In this document: positions 21,832-31,966 of the stretch, piece by piece | How positions within the stretch are numbered: position 1 is the stretch's first letter | How the letters are laid out: each line of letters begins with the position of its first letter | From: Candidatus Hydrogenedentota bacterium | GTDB taxonomy: Bacteria > Hydrogenedentota > Hydrogenedentia > Hydrogenedentales > SLHB01 | Direction of reading: 5' to 3' | Length of the DNA stretch: 64,000 bases | Assembly (NCBI GenBank): GCA_963745075.1 | Contig: CAVUWV010000008.1 | Coordinates: 480,001-544,000 of the forward strand | Program-made: the position numbers and the translations under genes | The notes under the pieces: generated by a model | What the model was told of the DNA's origin: nothing | Databases searched by the model: none | What the model saw: only the letters and a program-made list of their open reading frames with translations

Positions 21832-22404
21832 TTAAAAGGTGTAGCCTACCGCCAACCCCAAGCTGTTGGCCCCGGCGTTATCGTCGGACAGACCCCCGTT
21901 CGAGACGTGCTGGAACTGGAGCGCGACATGCCAGTCGGTCTGCGGGAATTGGTATCCCACGCCGGCTTCCAGCAGGAAATCCATGGTCGCCGAGTTGCCC
22001 TCAATGTGATTCGTATGAAATATGATGCCGGCTCCGCCCTCGGCATAGAGCCCGTCTCGATCGTCCGCATTCCGGTAGTACCGCGTCACGAATCCGATTC
22101 CACCACCCTGGATCGTCTCGCTCGGGTCGTCCTGAATGTAACTGAACAGGGGATACGCGCGCAGACCCAGCGTGCCGCGCGCGAAGATCGGCCATTCATA
22201 CTCGACGTTACCGGTGACGAGCACGTCATTGGTGCGGTCGCGCCGCCCGGAATGGACACCGGTACCCGCGCCGAACTCGACCCGCCACCGTCCTTCCGCA
22301 AAGCCGCGCGTAATCGGGTTGTCGGCATGCGCTTCGGGGGCCATGAAACAGACGCCCAACGGAATAGCCATTGCAACGATCAGGCTTGAAACCAAGGTTC
22401 TCAT
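21832..22404 (-). CDS. Acyloxyacyl hydrolase / PagL-like outer-membrane beta-barrel
   Basis: Signal peptide, YAEGGAG, QHVSNGG (PagL HxSN motif) and terminal Phe. Confidence 0.8.
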   Translation of the reverse strand: MRTLVSSLIVAMAIPLGVCFMAPEAHADNPITRGFAEGRWRVEFGAGTGVHSGRRDRTNDVLVTGNVEYEWPIFARGTLGLRAYPLFSYIQDDPSETIQGGGIGFVTRYYRNADDRDGLYAEGGAGIIFHTNHIEGNSATMDFLLEAGVGYQFPQTDWHVALQFQHVSNGGLSDDNAGANSLGLAVGYTF

Positions 22405-22771
22405 CTTTACTTCGACCTCTGTTCTGTGTCCCGTGCATGGCCGTGTTGCCCATCATCGGCACGTGGCGTGATAATAGTGATCCCTTCCAAAACTGTCAAC
22501 TTCCCCCAGCTTCGAGTTGAAATCGTGGAGTTTTCGGCTTGCCGCGTTGAGCCAACAGGACTTCGGACGCGGCCTTCTCGCAGTATCAGCGGGACTCAGG
22601 ACCTGGGGAAAGATTGGACGAGGCACCCCAAATTATGCGAAAATAGAGCACTTGGTGGGATGCTCCAGGTTCGGTCTGCCGTAGGATGAGTGAAGCACGT
22701 TACCGACTGTCTGGGGGCGAAAAGCATGCCGCCATCCCGGTAGTTGGTGTATCTGCAGCGGGAGACGAATT

Positions 22772-24388
22772 GTGCCTGACGCCTATCTGACACGCCTTGG
22801 AATCACGGAATGGATGGAATTGTACCGCAATCCGTCTTACGATGAATTATATGCCCACGAACTCGATTCGGAGTTGGACGGGCTCGAGCGAGGCGTGCTC
22901 ACCAAGTTTGGCGCGGTGGCGGTCGATACCGGCCGGTTCACGGGCCGCTCTCCCCAGGATAAATACGTCGTTGAGGAAGATGCGTCGAAAGACGAGATCT
23001 GGTGGGCGGGCTCGGACAGCCCCGGCTCCAACAACAAACGATTAAGCGGCGAAGCCTGGAATCATCTCAAGGACTTAGCCCTGAAACAGTTAAACGGGAA
23101 GAGTCTGTACGTGGTCGATGGGTTCTGCGGAGCCAATCCGGACACGCGGATGAGTGTGCGAATTGTGGCCGAGGTCGCGTGGCAGGCCCATTTCTGCAAG
23201 AACATGTTCATTCGCCCCACGGAAAATGAACTGCGGGATTTCAAACCGGACTGGACCATCCTGAACGCATCCAAGACGAGCTGCCCGGACTTTGCGAAGT
23301 ATGGTATGCGCTCCGAAGTGTTTGCGGCGTTCAACATCAAGGAACGCATGGCGGTAATCGGCGGCACCTGGTACGGCGGGGAGATGAAGAAGGGCATCTT
23401 CACCATCATGAATTATTTTCTGCCTCGCCAAGGGATTGGGGCCTTTCACTGTTCCGCGAACATGGGTAAAGACGGCGATACGGCGCTCTTCTTCGGCCTG
23501 TCGGGCACCGGCAAGACGACTTTGTCCACCGATCCCCACCGTTTGTTGATTGGCGACGATGAACACGGCTGGGACGACGACGGGATCTTCAACTTCGAAG
23601 GGGGCTGTTACGCCAAGACCATCGACCTGACGGAAGAAAACGAGCCGGACATCTACCAGGCGATCCGGCGGGACGCCCTGCTGGAGAACGTGACAATCAA
23701 CGGTTCGGGAACGGTGGACTTTCACGACACGTCCAAGACCCAGAACGGCCGGGTGTCCTACCCCTTGTACCACATTGAGAACATCGTCAAGCCCGTGTCC
23801 AAAGGCGGTCATCCCAGCAAGATCATATTCCTGGCCTGCGACGCCTTCGGGGTGTTGCCGCCCGTGGCTCGGTTGACGCTGGAACAGGCGATGTACCAAT
23901 ACCTTAGCGGCTACACGGCCAAGGTGGCAGGCACCGAACTCGGGATCACCGAGCCGCAAGCAACCTTCTCGGCTTGTTACGGTGCGGCGTTTCTGGCAGT
24001 TCATCCCACCGTCTACGCACATATTCTCGGCCGGAAAATGGCGGAGCACGGCTCCGAGGCATACCTCGTGAATACGGGGTGGACCGGAGGCAAGTACGGT
24101 GTCGGCCATCGGATGCCCCTTCGCGACACGCGCCGCATCGTGGACGCAATCCTCGATGGGAGTCTGTCGCAGGCCGCGTACGAGACGGCGCCGATTTTCG
24201 GGCTCGCGATACCGAAGCAATTGCACGACGTGGACCCGACCGTCCTGAATCCCCGCAACACGTGGAAGGACCCGGCGGCGTACGACGCGACCCTGAGGAA
24301 GCTGGCGGAAATGTTCATCAAGAACTTCAAATACTTCACGGACACGGAAGAGGGCAAACAGCTCGAGCAGGCGGGACCGCATTTGTGA
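22772..24388 (+). CDS. pckA: Phosphoenolpyruvate carboxykinase (ATP)
   Basis: [35 protein letters not shown] and NFEGGCYAK. Confidence 0.97.
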   Translation: MPDAYLTRLGITEWMELYRNPSYDELYAHELDSELDGLERGVLTKFGAVAVDTGRFTGRSPQDKYVVEEDASKDEIWWAGSDSPGSNNKRLSGEAWNHLKDLALKQLNGKSLYVVDGFCGANPDTRMSVRIVAEVAWQAHFCKNMFIRPTENELRDFKPDWTILNASKTSCPDFAKYGMRSEVFAAFNIKERMAVIGGTWYGGEMKKGIFTIMNYFLPRQGIGAFHCSANMGKDGDTALFFGLSGTGKTTLSTDPHRLLIGDDEHGWDDDGIFNFEGGCYAKTIDLTEENEPDIYQAIRRDALLENVTINGSGTVDFHDTSKTQNGRVSYPLYHIENIVKPVSKGGHPSKIIFLACDAFGVLPPVARLTLEQAMYQYLSGYTAKVAGTELGITEPQATFSACYGAAFLAVHPTVYAHILGRKMAEHGSEAYLVNTGWTGGKYGVGHRMPLRDTRRIVDAILDGSLSQAAYETAPIFGLAIPKQLHDVDPTVLNPRNTWKDPAAYDATLRKLAEMFIKNFKYFTDTEEGKQLEQAGPHL

Positions 24389-24420
24389 TCGCTGGGGTCG
24401 TTGATCTAAGAATAATGCGG

Positions 24421-24451
24421 TTGACACATATCGGGACTTTGGGTGTATAGT
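24421..24451 (+). promoter_or_regulatory. Possible sigma70 promoter upstream of the small-ORF cluster
   Basis: TTGACA at 24421 and TATAGT at 24446. The 19-bp spacer is longer than optimal. Confidence 0.35.
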
Positions 24452-24683
24452 AATGGGACTCAGGGACGTGTGGGCTCTGTCCTTCTTTCACAATGTCTCT
24501 GGATTTCAAGGGGTTGGTGCAGCAGGACCGGAGCCGATCAAGTCTGGATTACGTCGACTTGGACAGATGAAACGGTTGACGAGTATCGGGCGCGTGAAAA
24601 CGTTTTTTATGCATACCATCTATCTCCGGCAAGGTACCGGTGAACGCCGTGCAGGTTGATGAGGGCTTAACAAGGAGAATTGT

Positions 24684-24905
24684 ATGAAGCATCATAGATG
24701 TATAAGCCGCAGACCTGCGGTCGCAACCAGCGCACTTGGAGCTAAGCTGGAGTTCAAAGCCAGCCTTTCGGATTCGGTTGCAACGGGCGCGGCAACGCTG
24801 ATACAAAGCTTCACGTCCATGGTTACGACGCTATTGCTGAATGCGTTTACCTGGAACGTGAGTACCGTGGCCACGGTATATCCCGGTGTGCGGCTCGAAG
24901 CGTGA
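24684..24905 (+). CDS. Small protein (73 aa) with conserved basic leader-like motif
   Basis: SD AAGGAG about 6 nt upstream. N-terminal HHRCISRRPAVATSALGAKLE matches the next ORF. Confidence 0.75.
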   Translation: MKHHRCISRRPAVATSALGAKLEFKASLSDSVATGAATLIQSFTSMVTTLLLNAFTWNVSTVATVYPGVRLEA

Positions 24906-24944
24906 GTGGTTCGCATAAAGAGTCATAACGAAAGGAATTAATTG

Positions 24945-25211
24945 ATGCGAGGAAAAGCACCTCATACTAGGTCGGTGACTCGAAAGCCGAGCGTGGCGAG
25001 CACGGCGTTACAACTGAAGTTAGACAATTTCATTATTTACTTCGATAATGCCGTCAATCTACTCGATGCGTTTCTGGTTCAGGGTGGCGCCACGATGGCG
25101 ACTTTCGTGGGCGATCTCGCCTCGGCGCTACCGTACAAGAACGGTACCGGCGGCAGTAGTCAAGGCGGTACGGGCACCGGCGGTACGGGCGGTACGGGCA
25201 TCGGCTTGTAA
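24945..25211 (+). CDS. Small protein (88 aa) with the same leader-like motif and a Gly/Thr-rich tail
   Basis: SD AAAGGA 8 nt upstream of ATG. HTRSVTRKPSVASTALQLKLD motif and a GGTGTGGTGGTG tail. Confidence 0.78.
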   Translation: MRGKAPHTRSVTRKPSVASTALQLKLDNFIIYFDNAVNLLDAFLVQGGATMATFVGDLASALPYKNGTGGSSQGGTGTGGTGGTGIGL

Positions 25212-25367
25212 GTTTTTTATGCGGCGCCTGTGATTGAGTACCGGATCGCTTGGTAACGAACGAGCGTTTCAGTAGCAGGTGGTGCCGGCGAAGTAAAGCT
25301 GCCTGGTCGTCGCTGACGTTTGGGCTGAGCGTGGGATGATTGAACTGAACGGCGAAGGAGTCGATAA

Positions 25368-25499
25368 ATGGGATTATCTTGTTCGTTGTGTTCTACACTG
25401 TTCCTGGGATTCAGCGGAGCCAATTTGGGGCAGTATGCCTTCGGCGTTTTGTTGCCGGGATGGTGGCAGGCGATCCAAAGTTACATGATGTTCGTGTAA
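25368..25499 (+). CDS. Putative 43-aa hydrophobic peptide, below the ORF-track cutoff
   Basis: SD GAAGGAG 7 nt upstream. Translates to MGLSCSLCSTLFLGFSGANLGQYAFGVLLPGWWQAIQSYMMFV*. Confidence 0.55.
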   Translation: MGLSCSLCSTLFLGFSGANLGQYAFGVLLPGWWQAIQSYMMFV

Positions 25500-25595
25500 C
25501 GGCCCCAAGACAATTCGCACTTATTGCGAGCGGACATGTGCCGAAATGGCGCTGTCCGCTCGCGTTGTTATTTCGGGGGAGTCTACGTGAAACGC

Positions 25596-26432
25596 TCAGA
25601 TCCTCGGGCGCCCGACATCGGCGAGGACGATGCGTAGCTGATCGCAGCTTTCGAATCGCTCGGCGGGGTTCTTGGCGATCATCTTCATGATGATGTCGCC
25701 CAGGGCGTGAGGGCATTTCCGGTTGACGAGCGTCGGGTGGACGGGATCGGTGTTGACGTGACAGTAGTAGAGCTTCTGCAGGCTGTCCACCTCGAAGGGG
25801 ACTTTGCCCGCGAACATGAGGTAGAGCGTGATTCCGAGGGAGTAGATATCGCTCTTGCTGGTGGCCTTTTCGCGCTTGATGATTTCGGGGGATACGTACA
25901 TGGGGGTGATCTGCTCAGCCAAGCCGGAATCGAACAAGGAAAAGAATTTTTCCCGGCACAGGGAGTAATCGGACAGCTTGGCCATGCCCTTGCGGGTGAA
26001 CAGGATATTGGCCGGTTTCAGGTCGTGGTGTGTGAACCCCTGATCGTGGATGTACTGGAGACCGTTGCAGATTTGCGCGATGATGACGAGGCGTTCCTGA
26101 AGGTTCCAGGGGCGGTTTTCGATGTACCAGCGCAGGTCCGGACCGTCCACGAACTCCATCGTCATGCAGAGCCCTTCCTCGCCATCGATGAAGTCAAAGA
26201 CCTGCATGACATTGTGGTGTTTGAATTCTTTGAAGCGTTCGACACTTTTGGCGAAATCCCGGACCTGTCCCCGATTCTTGAAGAAATTTGCATGAAAGAG
26301 TTTAACTGCGACGACTTCGCCCTTCTGGGTGTCAATACCGCGATAGACCGTGCCGGTGCCGCCTCGGCCCAGAAGCAGGTCGAGTTTGAAGTGATAGAGC
26401 TTTAGTCGGTCCGGCAACTCCTGCTTGCGCAC
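25596..26432 (-). CDS. Hanks-type Ser/Thr protein kinase, kinase domain only
   Basis: GRGGTGTVY, VAVK, HHDLKPAN, YVSPE and SDIYSLG. Confidence 0.92.
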   Translation of the reverse strand: MRKQELPDRLKLYHFKLDLLLGRGGTGTVYRGIDTQKGEVVAVKLFHANFFKNRGQVRDFAKSVERFKEFKHHNVMQVFDFIDGEEGLCMTMEFVDGPDLRWYIENRPWNLQERLVIIAQICNGLQYIHDQGFTHHDLKPANILFTRKGMAKLSDYSLCREKFFSLFDSGLAEQITPMYVSPEIIKREKATSKSDIYSLGITLYLMFAGKVPFEVDSLQKLYYCHVNTDPVHPTLVNRKCPHALGDIIMKMIAKNPAERFESCDQLRIVLADVGRPRI

Positions 26433-26435
26433 TGC

Positions 26436-26867
26436 TTACCCTCCACCGCGTTTCGCGGAAGACTTCCCTGCCTTGTGGGTACCGGCCAGTGCCAGATCGA
26501 GCCGGGGCGCGTCGCCCCAGAGGCCGTCAAGATCGTAGAATTCGCGCGCCTCTTTGCGGAAGATATGGACGATGATGGACCCATAATCGAGCACCACCCA
26601 GCCGCTCGTGTACGCGCCTTCCGCGTGGAGCGTGTTGACGCCGATTTCGCGCATCCCCTGTTTTACGGTGGAAAACACGGCCTTCACGTGTGGCTCGCTG
26701 TTCGCGGTGCAGACGATGAAGGCGTCGGCGAGGACCGTCAGCTCGCGCACGTCGTAGGCTCGAATGTCTTCCGCCTTGTGTTCGTCCATGAGGGCGGCGA
26801 TGCGGCGGGCATTAGGAATGAAATCGGGTTCGTTGGCGGCGGTGCGTTTCTTTACAAGCTGTGGCAA
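26436..26867 (-). CDS. rsfS: Ribosome silencing factor RsfS (Iojap)
   Basis: KAEDI...DV, WVVLDYGSIIVHIF and REFYDLDGLWGD. Confidence 0.93.
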   Translation of the reverse strand: MPQLVKKRTAANEPDFIPNARRIAALMDEHKAEDIRAYDVRELTVLADAFIVCTANSEPHVKAVFSTVKQGMREIGVNTLHAEGAYTSGWVVLDYGSIIVHIFRKEAREFYDLDGLWGDAPRLDLALAGTHKAGKSSAKRGGG

Positions 26868-26896
26868 AGTGGGTTGCGTCTCCTAAACCGTTTGGC

Positions 26897-28333
26897 CTAT
26901 TCGCTCTTGGCCAATGCTTTTCGAATGATTTCGTTCGCCATCTTGGGATTGGCCTTGCCCTTGGTCGCCTTCATCATCTGGCCGACCAGGAAGCCCAGGG
27001 CTTTCTCCTTACCGCTGCGGAAATCGGCGGCGGGCCCGGGATTGGCCTCGATAATCTCGCGGGCAACAGCCTCCAACTCACCGCTGTCGCTGATTTGCAC
27101 CAGCCCCTTTTGTTCAACGAGCGTCTTGGGCGCCTTGCCCGATTCCAGCATTTCCGGCAGCAGATCTTTGGCGATCTTACCACTGATTGTACCATCTTCG
27201 ATGAGTGCGATCATGGCGGCGAGGTTTTCGGCCGTCACGGGGCAGTTCGCGATATCGATGCGCCCTTCAGTCAGAAGGGCCTGCAAATCACCCATAATCC
27301 AATTGGCGGCCAGTTTGGCAGGCGCGCCTGCCTTCACAACAGCTTCGAAGTAATCGGCCATCGCTCTTTCGGCTGTCAGCACACCGGCGTCGAATTCGGA
27401 GAGCTGGTATTCCGAGCCGAACCGTTCGCGGCGCGCCTGGGGCTGTTCCGGCAAAGAGGCGCGAATTTGGCTCTCCCACGTCTCATCCACGACGAGGGGC
27501 ACGAGGTCCGGTTCCGGGAAGTAGCGGTAGTCGTGGGCGGATTCCTTGGCGCGTTGCGAGAAGGTGATGCCGCGGTCGGCGTCCCAGCCGCGGGTTTCTT
27601 GGGTGATGGCGCCGCCCTCGTCGAGAACCTGCTGATGGCGGGCGATCTCGAAATCGATGGCTTTGTGGATGCCGCTGAAGGAGGCCACGTTCTTTACTTC
27701 GGTCTTCGTGCCGAACTCGCTCGCGCCCTCCGGCCGAATGCTGATGTTGGCCTCGGCCCGGAGCGAGCCTTCTTCCATGTTGCAGTCGCTGACTTCGAGA
27801 TACCGGAGGATCTGCTTGAGGTTGGTCAGATACGCGAACGCTTCATCGGCGCTGCGGATGTCCGGTTCCGTGACGATTTCCAGCAGCGGCACGCCGCAGC
27901 GGTTGAAGTCCACGCCGCTGTCGCCGCCACCGATGGTGTGGGTGTTGCGGGCGGTGTCCTCTTCGAGATGGGCGCGCGTAATACCGATGCGTTTAGCGGA
28001 ACCGTTTACGTCAATTTCCAGATAGCCGTTCGCACATAGGGGCAGATCGTACTGGCTGATTTGGTAGTTCTTCGCGAGGTCGGGATAAAAGTAGTTCTTA
28101 CGATCCATCTTCGACCAGCGCGAGATCGTGCAGTTCAGCGCGAGACCCACGGCGACCGACAGTTCGACGGCGCGTTTGTTGATGACGGGCAGCACGCCGG
28201 GCATGCCCAGGCACACGGGGCAGACGTTCGTATTGGCCGGCGCGTGGAAATTCGTGCTGCATCCGCAGAACACCTTCGAAAGCGTGCTCAGCTCGACGTG
28301 AACTTCCATCCCTATGACCGCTTCGTACTTCAT
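26897..28333 (-). CDS. gatB: Asp/Glu-tRNA amidotransferase subunit B
   Basis: [24 protein letters not shown] and YRYFPEPDL. Confidence 0.98.
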   Translation of the reverse strand: MKYEAVIGMEVHVELSTLSKVFCGCSTNFHAPANTNVCPVCLGMPGVLPVINKRAVELSVAVGLALNCTISRWSKMDRKNYFYPDLAKNYQISQYDLPLCANGYLEIDVNGSAKRIGITRAHLEEDTARNTHTIGGGDSGVDFNRCGVPLLEIVTEPDIRSADEAFAYLTNLKQILRYLEVSDCNMEEGSLRAEANISIRPEGASEFGTKTEVKNVASFSGIHKAIDFEIARHQQVLDEGGAITQETRGWDADRGITFSQRAKESAHDYRYFPEPDLVPLVVDETWESQIRASLPEQPQARRERFGSEYQLSEFDAGVLTAERAMADYFEAVVKAGAPAKLAANWIMGDLQALLTEGRIDIANCPVTAENLAAMIALIEDGTISGKIAKDLLPEMLESGKAPKTLVEQKGLVQISDSGELEAVAREIIEANPGPAADFRSGKEKALGFLVGQMMKATKGKANPKMANEIIRKALAKSE

Positions 28334-28362
28334 GCTTGTTCCTTACGCTTCCTCAACCACGG

Positions 28363-29841
28363 TCACCCGGCACTCACCGCGGCGGGCATGCCCAACTCGA
28401 AACCGCGATTCCGCTCGTAGGTGTACGCGACCCGCAGCAGCGTTTCTTCATCAAAGGGCTTTGTCATAATTTGGAGTCCCGCGGGAAGGCCGGACGAGGT
28501 CAAGCCGCAAGGCAGACTCAATCCCGGGATCCCCGCGAGATTGACGGAGATCGTGTAGATATCGCTCAAATACATTTCCAAGGGATCGGCGGTCTTCTCG
28601 CCAATCTTGAACGCCGGTGTCGGCGCGGTAGGCGTCAGGATCGCATCGCACTGTTCGAAGGCTTCCAGAAAGTCGCGGGTGATCAGCGAACGCACCTTCT
28701 GGGCCTTGAGGTAATAGGCGTCGTAATAGCCGCTGGACAGCACGTAGGTGCCCAGCATGATCCGGCGGCGCACTTCCGGACCGTACCCCTCGGACTTGGT
28801 CTTCCGGTACAGCTCGTCGACGTTGCTCACGCCGCGGGCGCGGTAGCCGTAGCGGACGCCGTCGAATCGCGCCAGATTGGCGCTGGCCTCGGCCGTGCAA
28901 ATGATGTAATACGTGGCCACCGCGTAATCGGTGTGCGGAAGGGAAACCTCGACAATCTCCGCGCCCTGGCCTTCGAGCACCTCGATGGCCGATTCGATCT
29001 TCCCCCGGATTTCGCCGCCGAGAGCATCGGTAAAGTATTCCTTCGGCAGGCCGAGCTTCATCCCCGAAACATCGGACTTCAGGGCCTGGGTGAAGTCCGG
29101 TACCGGGATATCGGCCGAGGTCGAGTCGCGCAGGTCATGGCCGAAGATCGCGTTCATCATCAGCGCGCAGTCTTCCACGTCTTTTGTGAATGGCCCGATT
29201 TGATCGAGAGACGAGGCGAAGGCCACCAGCCCGTACCGCGACACGCGCCCGTACGTGGGCTTGAGCCCGACACAGCCGCAACAGGACGCAGGCTGACGAA
29301 TCGAACCGCCGGTGTCGCTGCCCAGGGTCGCGGCGCATTCGTGACCGGCCACCGCCGCCGCGGAGCCGCCGCTCGAACCGCCGGGAACGCAATCGAGGTT
29401 CCACGGGTTGCGCGTGGTCTGGATGGACGAATTCTCCGTGGACGAACCCATGGCGAACTCGTCCATGTTGAGCTTACCCATGAAGATCGCGCCGGACGCG
29501 GCCAGCCGCTCCACCACGGTTGCATCGAAGGGGCTGCGATAGCCCTTGAGGATCTTCGAACAACAGGTGGTCGTGCCCTCTTGGGTGCAGAGCACGTCCT
29601 TCAGGCCGATGGGCACGCCAGCGAGCGGACCCGGGTCGTCACCCTGTTTGATTCGCGCATCGACGGCCTGGGCCTGAGCGCGGGCGGCGTCGTTCCATAC
29701 GTCCACGAAGGCTTTCAACTTGTCGTCCACCGCTTCGATTCGTTGAAGACAACTTTCCGTGACCTCCAGCGCGGTGGTATTGCCCGAGCGAACCGCGTCG
29801 CGGATTTGGTGGGCGGTCTTCTCGTACCAGGATTCGCTCAT
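28363..29841 (-). CDS. gatA: Asp/Glu-tRNA amidotransferase subunit A
   Basis: Amidase signature GGSSGGSAAAV and GSDTGGSIRQP; RRIMLGTYVLSSGYYDAYY. Confidence 0.98.
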   Translation of the reverse strand: MSESWYEKTAHQIRDAVRSGNTTALEVTESCLQRIEAVDDKLKAFVDVWNDAARAQAQAVDARIKQGDDPGPLAGVPIGLKDVLCTQEGTTTCCSKILKGYRSPFDATVVERLAASGAIFMGKLNMDEFAMGSSTENSSIQTTRNPWNLDCVPGGSSGGSAAAVAGHECAATLGSDTGGSIRQPASCCGCVGLKPTYGRVSRYGLVAFASSLDQIGPFTKDVEDCALMMNAIFGHDLRDSTSADIPVPDFTQALKSDVSGMKLGLPKEYFTDALGGEIRGKIESAIEVLEGQGAEIVEVSLPHTDYAVATYYIICTAEASANLARFDGVRYGYRARGVSNVDELYRKTKSEGYGPEVRRRIMLGTYVLSSGYYDAYYLKAQKVRSLITRDFLEAFEQCDAILTPTAPTPAFKIGEKTADPLEMYLSDIYTISVNLAGIPGLSLPCGLTSSGLPAGLQIMTKPFDEETLLRVAYTYERNRGFELGMPAAVSAG

Positions 29842-29844
29842 CGT

Positions 29845-30141
29845 TTACTCCGTATCCAGGATGCGCGGCACGAGGAAATACTCGCCGTCCGTCTTCGGGG
29901 CGTTCATCAAGGCCGATTCGCGCGGCAGGGATGGCCATACCACATCCTCGCGGAACACGTTGCTCATCTCCTGGACGTGCATCATGGGCTCGATACCCGT
30001 GGTGTCGAGTTCGTTCAGCTTGTCCATGTAGCCCAGGATTTCGCCCATTTCCGCCACGAGCCGTTCTTTTGTGGACTCGTCGAGGGTCAGCTGGGCCAGC
30101 CCGGCCACGTACTCAACGTCGGCTTTGGTAATGTTCGCCAT
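29845..30141 (-). CDS. gatC: Asp/Glu-tRNA amidotransferase subunit C
   Basis: ITKADVEYVAGLAQL...LNELDT...FRED...NAP...YFLVPRI; directly upstream of gatA. Confidence 0.95.
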   Translation of the reverse strand: MANITKADVEYVAGLAQLTLDESTKERLVAEMGEILGYMDKLNELDTTGIEPMMHVQEMSNVFREDVVWPSLPRESALMNAPKTDGEYFLVPRILDTE

Positions 30142-30408
30142 CGTGTTACTTTCCAGCGTTGGCGCGGGTCTGGCACGGCCGGATCGGGGGAGTACACGCC
30201 GAAAGGGCGTCCGGTGGGTGCAGAGCACCCGCGCATTGCGTTAAACAGAGGGCATATGCTAGCACACGGGCGCGGCACGAGTCCAAAATCGCGGCGCGTT
30301 GCGGCCGCCCTTGGCGGTATGGAGATCCCTGCATTTGAACGGGTTCCGCCGGTCGCGCATGATCGACACAACGGGTGAATCAGCCTCGTTCATTACTCGG
30401 AGGTTTCG

Positions 30409-31164
30409 TTGGAACAGACGCTGAGGGAACACGGCATGACTGCCATCGTACGGGGTTCCGATCCGGCTATTCGGGCCGCCCTGCTCGAGCGGGACGGGTG
30501 CGAGCCGCTGGCGAGCCATGGACGCGGTCACGTGTTCCGATTTCAGCTTGCCGACGGCGCTGCCATCCTGCGTCCGTACCGGCGCGGTGGGGTGATTCGG
30601 CTGTTTGTGAAGGAGGCGTATCTGTTCGTGAACCGGCCCCGGCGCGAATGGGACGTTCATGTCGATCTCTACGACGAAGGTTTTCCCGTGCCCGAACCGC
30701 TTGGGGTGGTTTGGGAGCGGCGGGGATTCGTCTATCGCGGGGCCTTTGCGACGCGGTGGATGGACGGCACCGACATCCTGGCCGCGACACGGGAGCGTCC
30801 CGACGACGCGCCCGCCCTGCTGACGCGGGTTGGCGAGTCGATTCGACGCATGCACGATCTGGGCGTGTATCACGCGGACCTTCAGGTCAGGAACATTTTG
30901 ATTCGCAGCGGAGACGACGAACCGGTGTTCATCGATTTCGACAATGCCCGCCGCCTACCGCACGTCTCGGGAGTGGCCCGCGCGCGAAACCTGCTGCGCC
31001 TGCGCCGGTCCTGCGCCAAGAACGGTATCGGCCTGGACGCCTTTGCCGCGATTCAGCAGGGCTATGGCATGACGACTTTCCCGTGGTGGCTGGACCGGGC
31101 ATACCGGGTCAAGGGGACCTTGTCCGATGCGGCCGCCGGACGTGAGCGAATGCATGCCGGATAA
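30409..31164 (+). CDS. Kdo kinase-like (KdkA/InaA) lipopolysaccharide kinase
   Basis: GRG, RPYRRGG, VPEPLG, HADLQVRNIL, IDFD and NLLRLRRS. Confidence 0.85.
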   Translation: MEQTLREHGMTAIVRGSDPAIRAALLERDGCEPLASHGRGHVFRFQLADGAAILRPYRRGGVIRLFVKEAYLFVNRPRREWDVHVDLYDEGFPVPEPLGVVWERRGFVYRGAFATRWMDGTDILAATRERPDDAPALLTRVGESIRRMHDLGVYHADLQVRNILIRSGDDEPVFIDFDNARRLPHVSGVARARNLLRLRRSCAKNGIGLDAFAAIQQGYGMTTFPWWLDRAYRVKGTLSDAAAGRERMHAG

Positions 31165-31966
31165 CGACGACATCATCGTGGAACGCCACGACGATCTCCG
31201 CGTTCAGCGTCGGCCGGACGTAGCGCTGGATACCGTCCTCGAAGTGATGCGCAAACCCGGGGAGATTTTGAAATCATCCCACAAAGCCGAAACCCTCCGG
31301 GTGGGCGGCTGGGTCGTGAAGCGGAGCCGGAACGAAGGCGGCGTCGGCGTGGTGAAACACACCTTCCAGCGCGCGCGGTACCGGCAGGGGTGGGAAGCGG
31401 CATTGCATCTGGAAAAGCGCGGCGTCCCGGTGGCGCGGGCCCACGCGTACGTGGAACGGGTGCGGTTCGGGTTCATTTTGTGCAACGTGCTCTGCACGGA
31501 CTACCTGGACAATTGCGTCGACGTGGAGACCTTTGCGGACGGAATGATTCGCGAGGGGGTCGACGACGTGACAGTCGAGGGCTATCTGGAACGCATCGCG
31601 GAAGCGGTGAACCTGTTGTGTGCGAGCGGCGCGTATCACAACGACCTCGCCGGGAAGAACATCCTCACGCCGGACGGCGAGCGATTCTACTTCATCGATC
31701 TCGACGGCATCGTGTTGAACCGGCCCTACACCGACGACCTCCGGCTGAAAAACTATGTGCAACTCTATGACTCCTTCATCGACCGCTGGGACGACGGACT
31801 ATTGGTACCGTTCGTTCGTCATATGCTGCCCGAGCCGGGAAACGTGGACGCGTGGATGGACCGGGTCCGCCCCGCACAGGTCAAGCGGCGAGCCCGCACG
31901 GAGGCCATCTGGGCACGGGAGGAAAGAGAAAAATGGGAAAAATGGTGGGAAAAATGGGGACAGTAA
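31154..31966 (+). CDS. Kdo/WaaP family lipopolysaccharide kinase; C-terminus contributed by an inserted repeat
   Basis: VVKR, HNDLAGKNIL and FIDLDG; overlaps the preceding kinase. Confidence 0.82.
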   Translation: MPDNDDIIVERHDDLRVQRRPDVALDTVLEVMRKPGEILKSSHKAETLRVGGWVVKRSRNEGGVGVVKHTFQRARYRQGWEAALHLEKRGVPVARAHAYVERVRFGFILCNVLCTDYLDNCVDVETFADGMIREGVDDVTVEGYLERIAEAVNLLCASGAYHNDLAGKNILTPDGERFYFIDLDGIVLNRPYTDDLRLKNYVQLYDSFIDRWDDGLLVPFVRHMLPEPGNVDAWMDRVRPAQVKRRARTEAIWAREEREKWEKWWEKWGQ

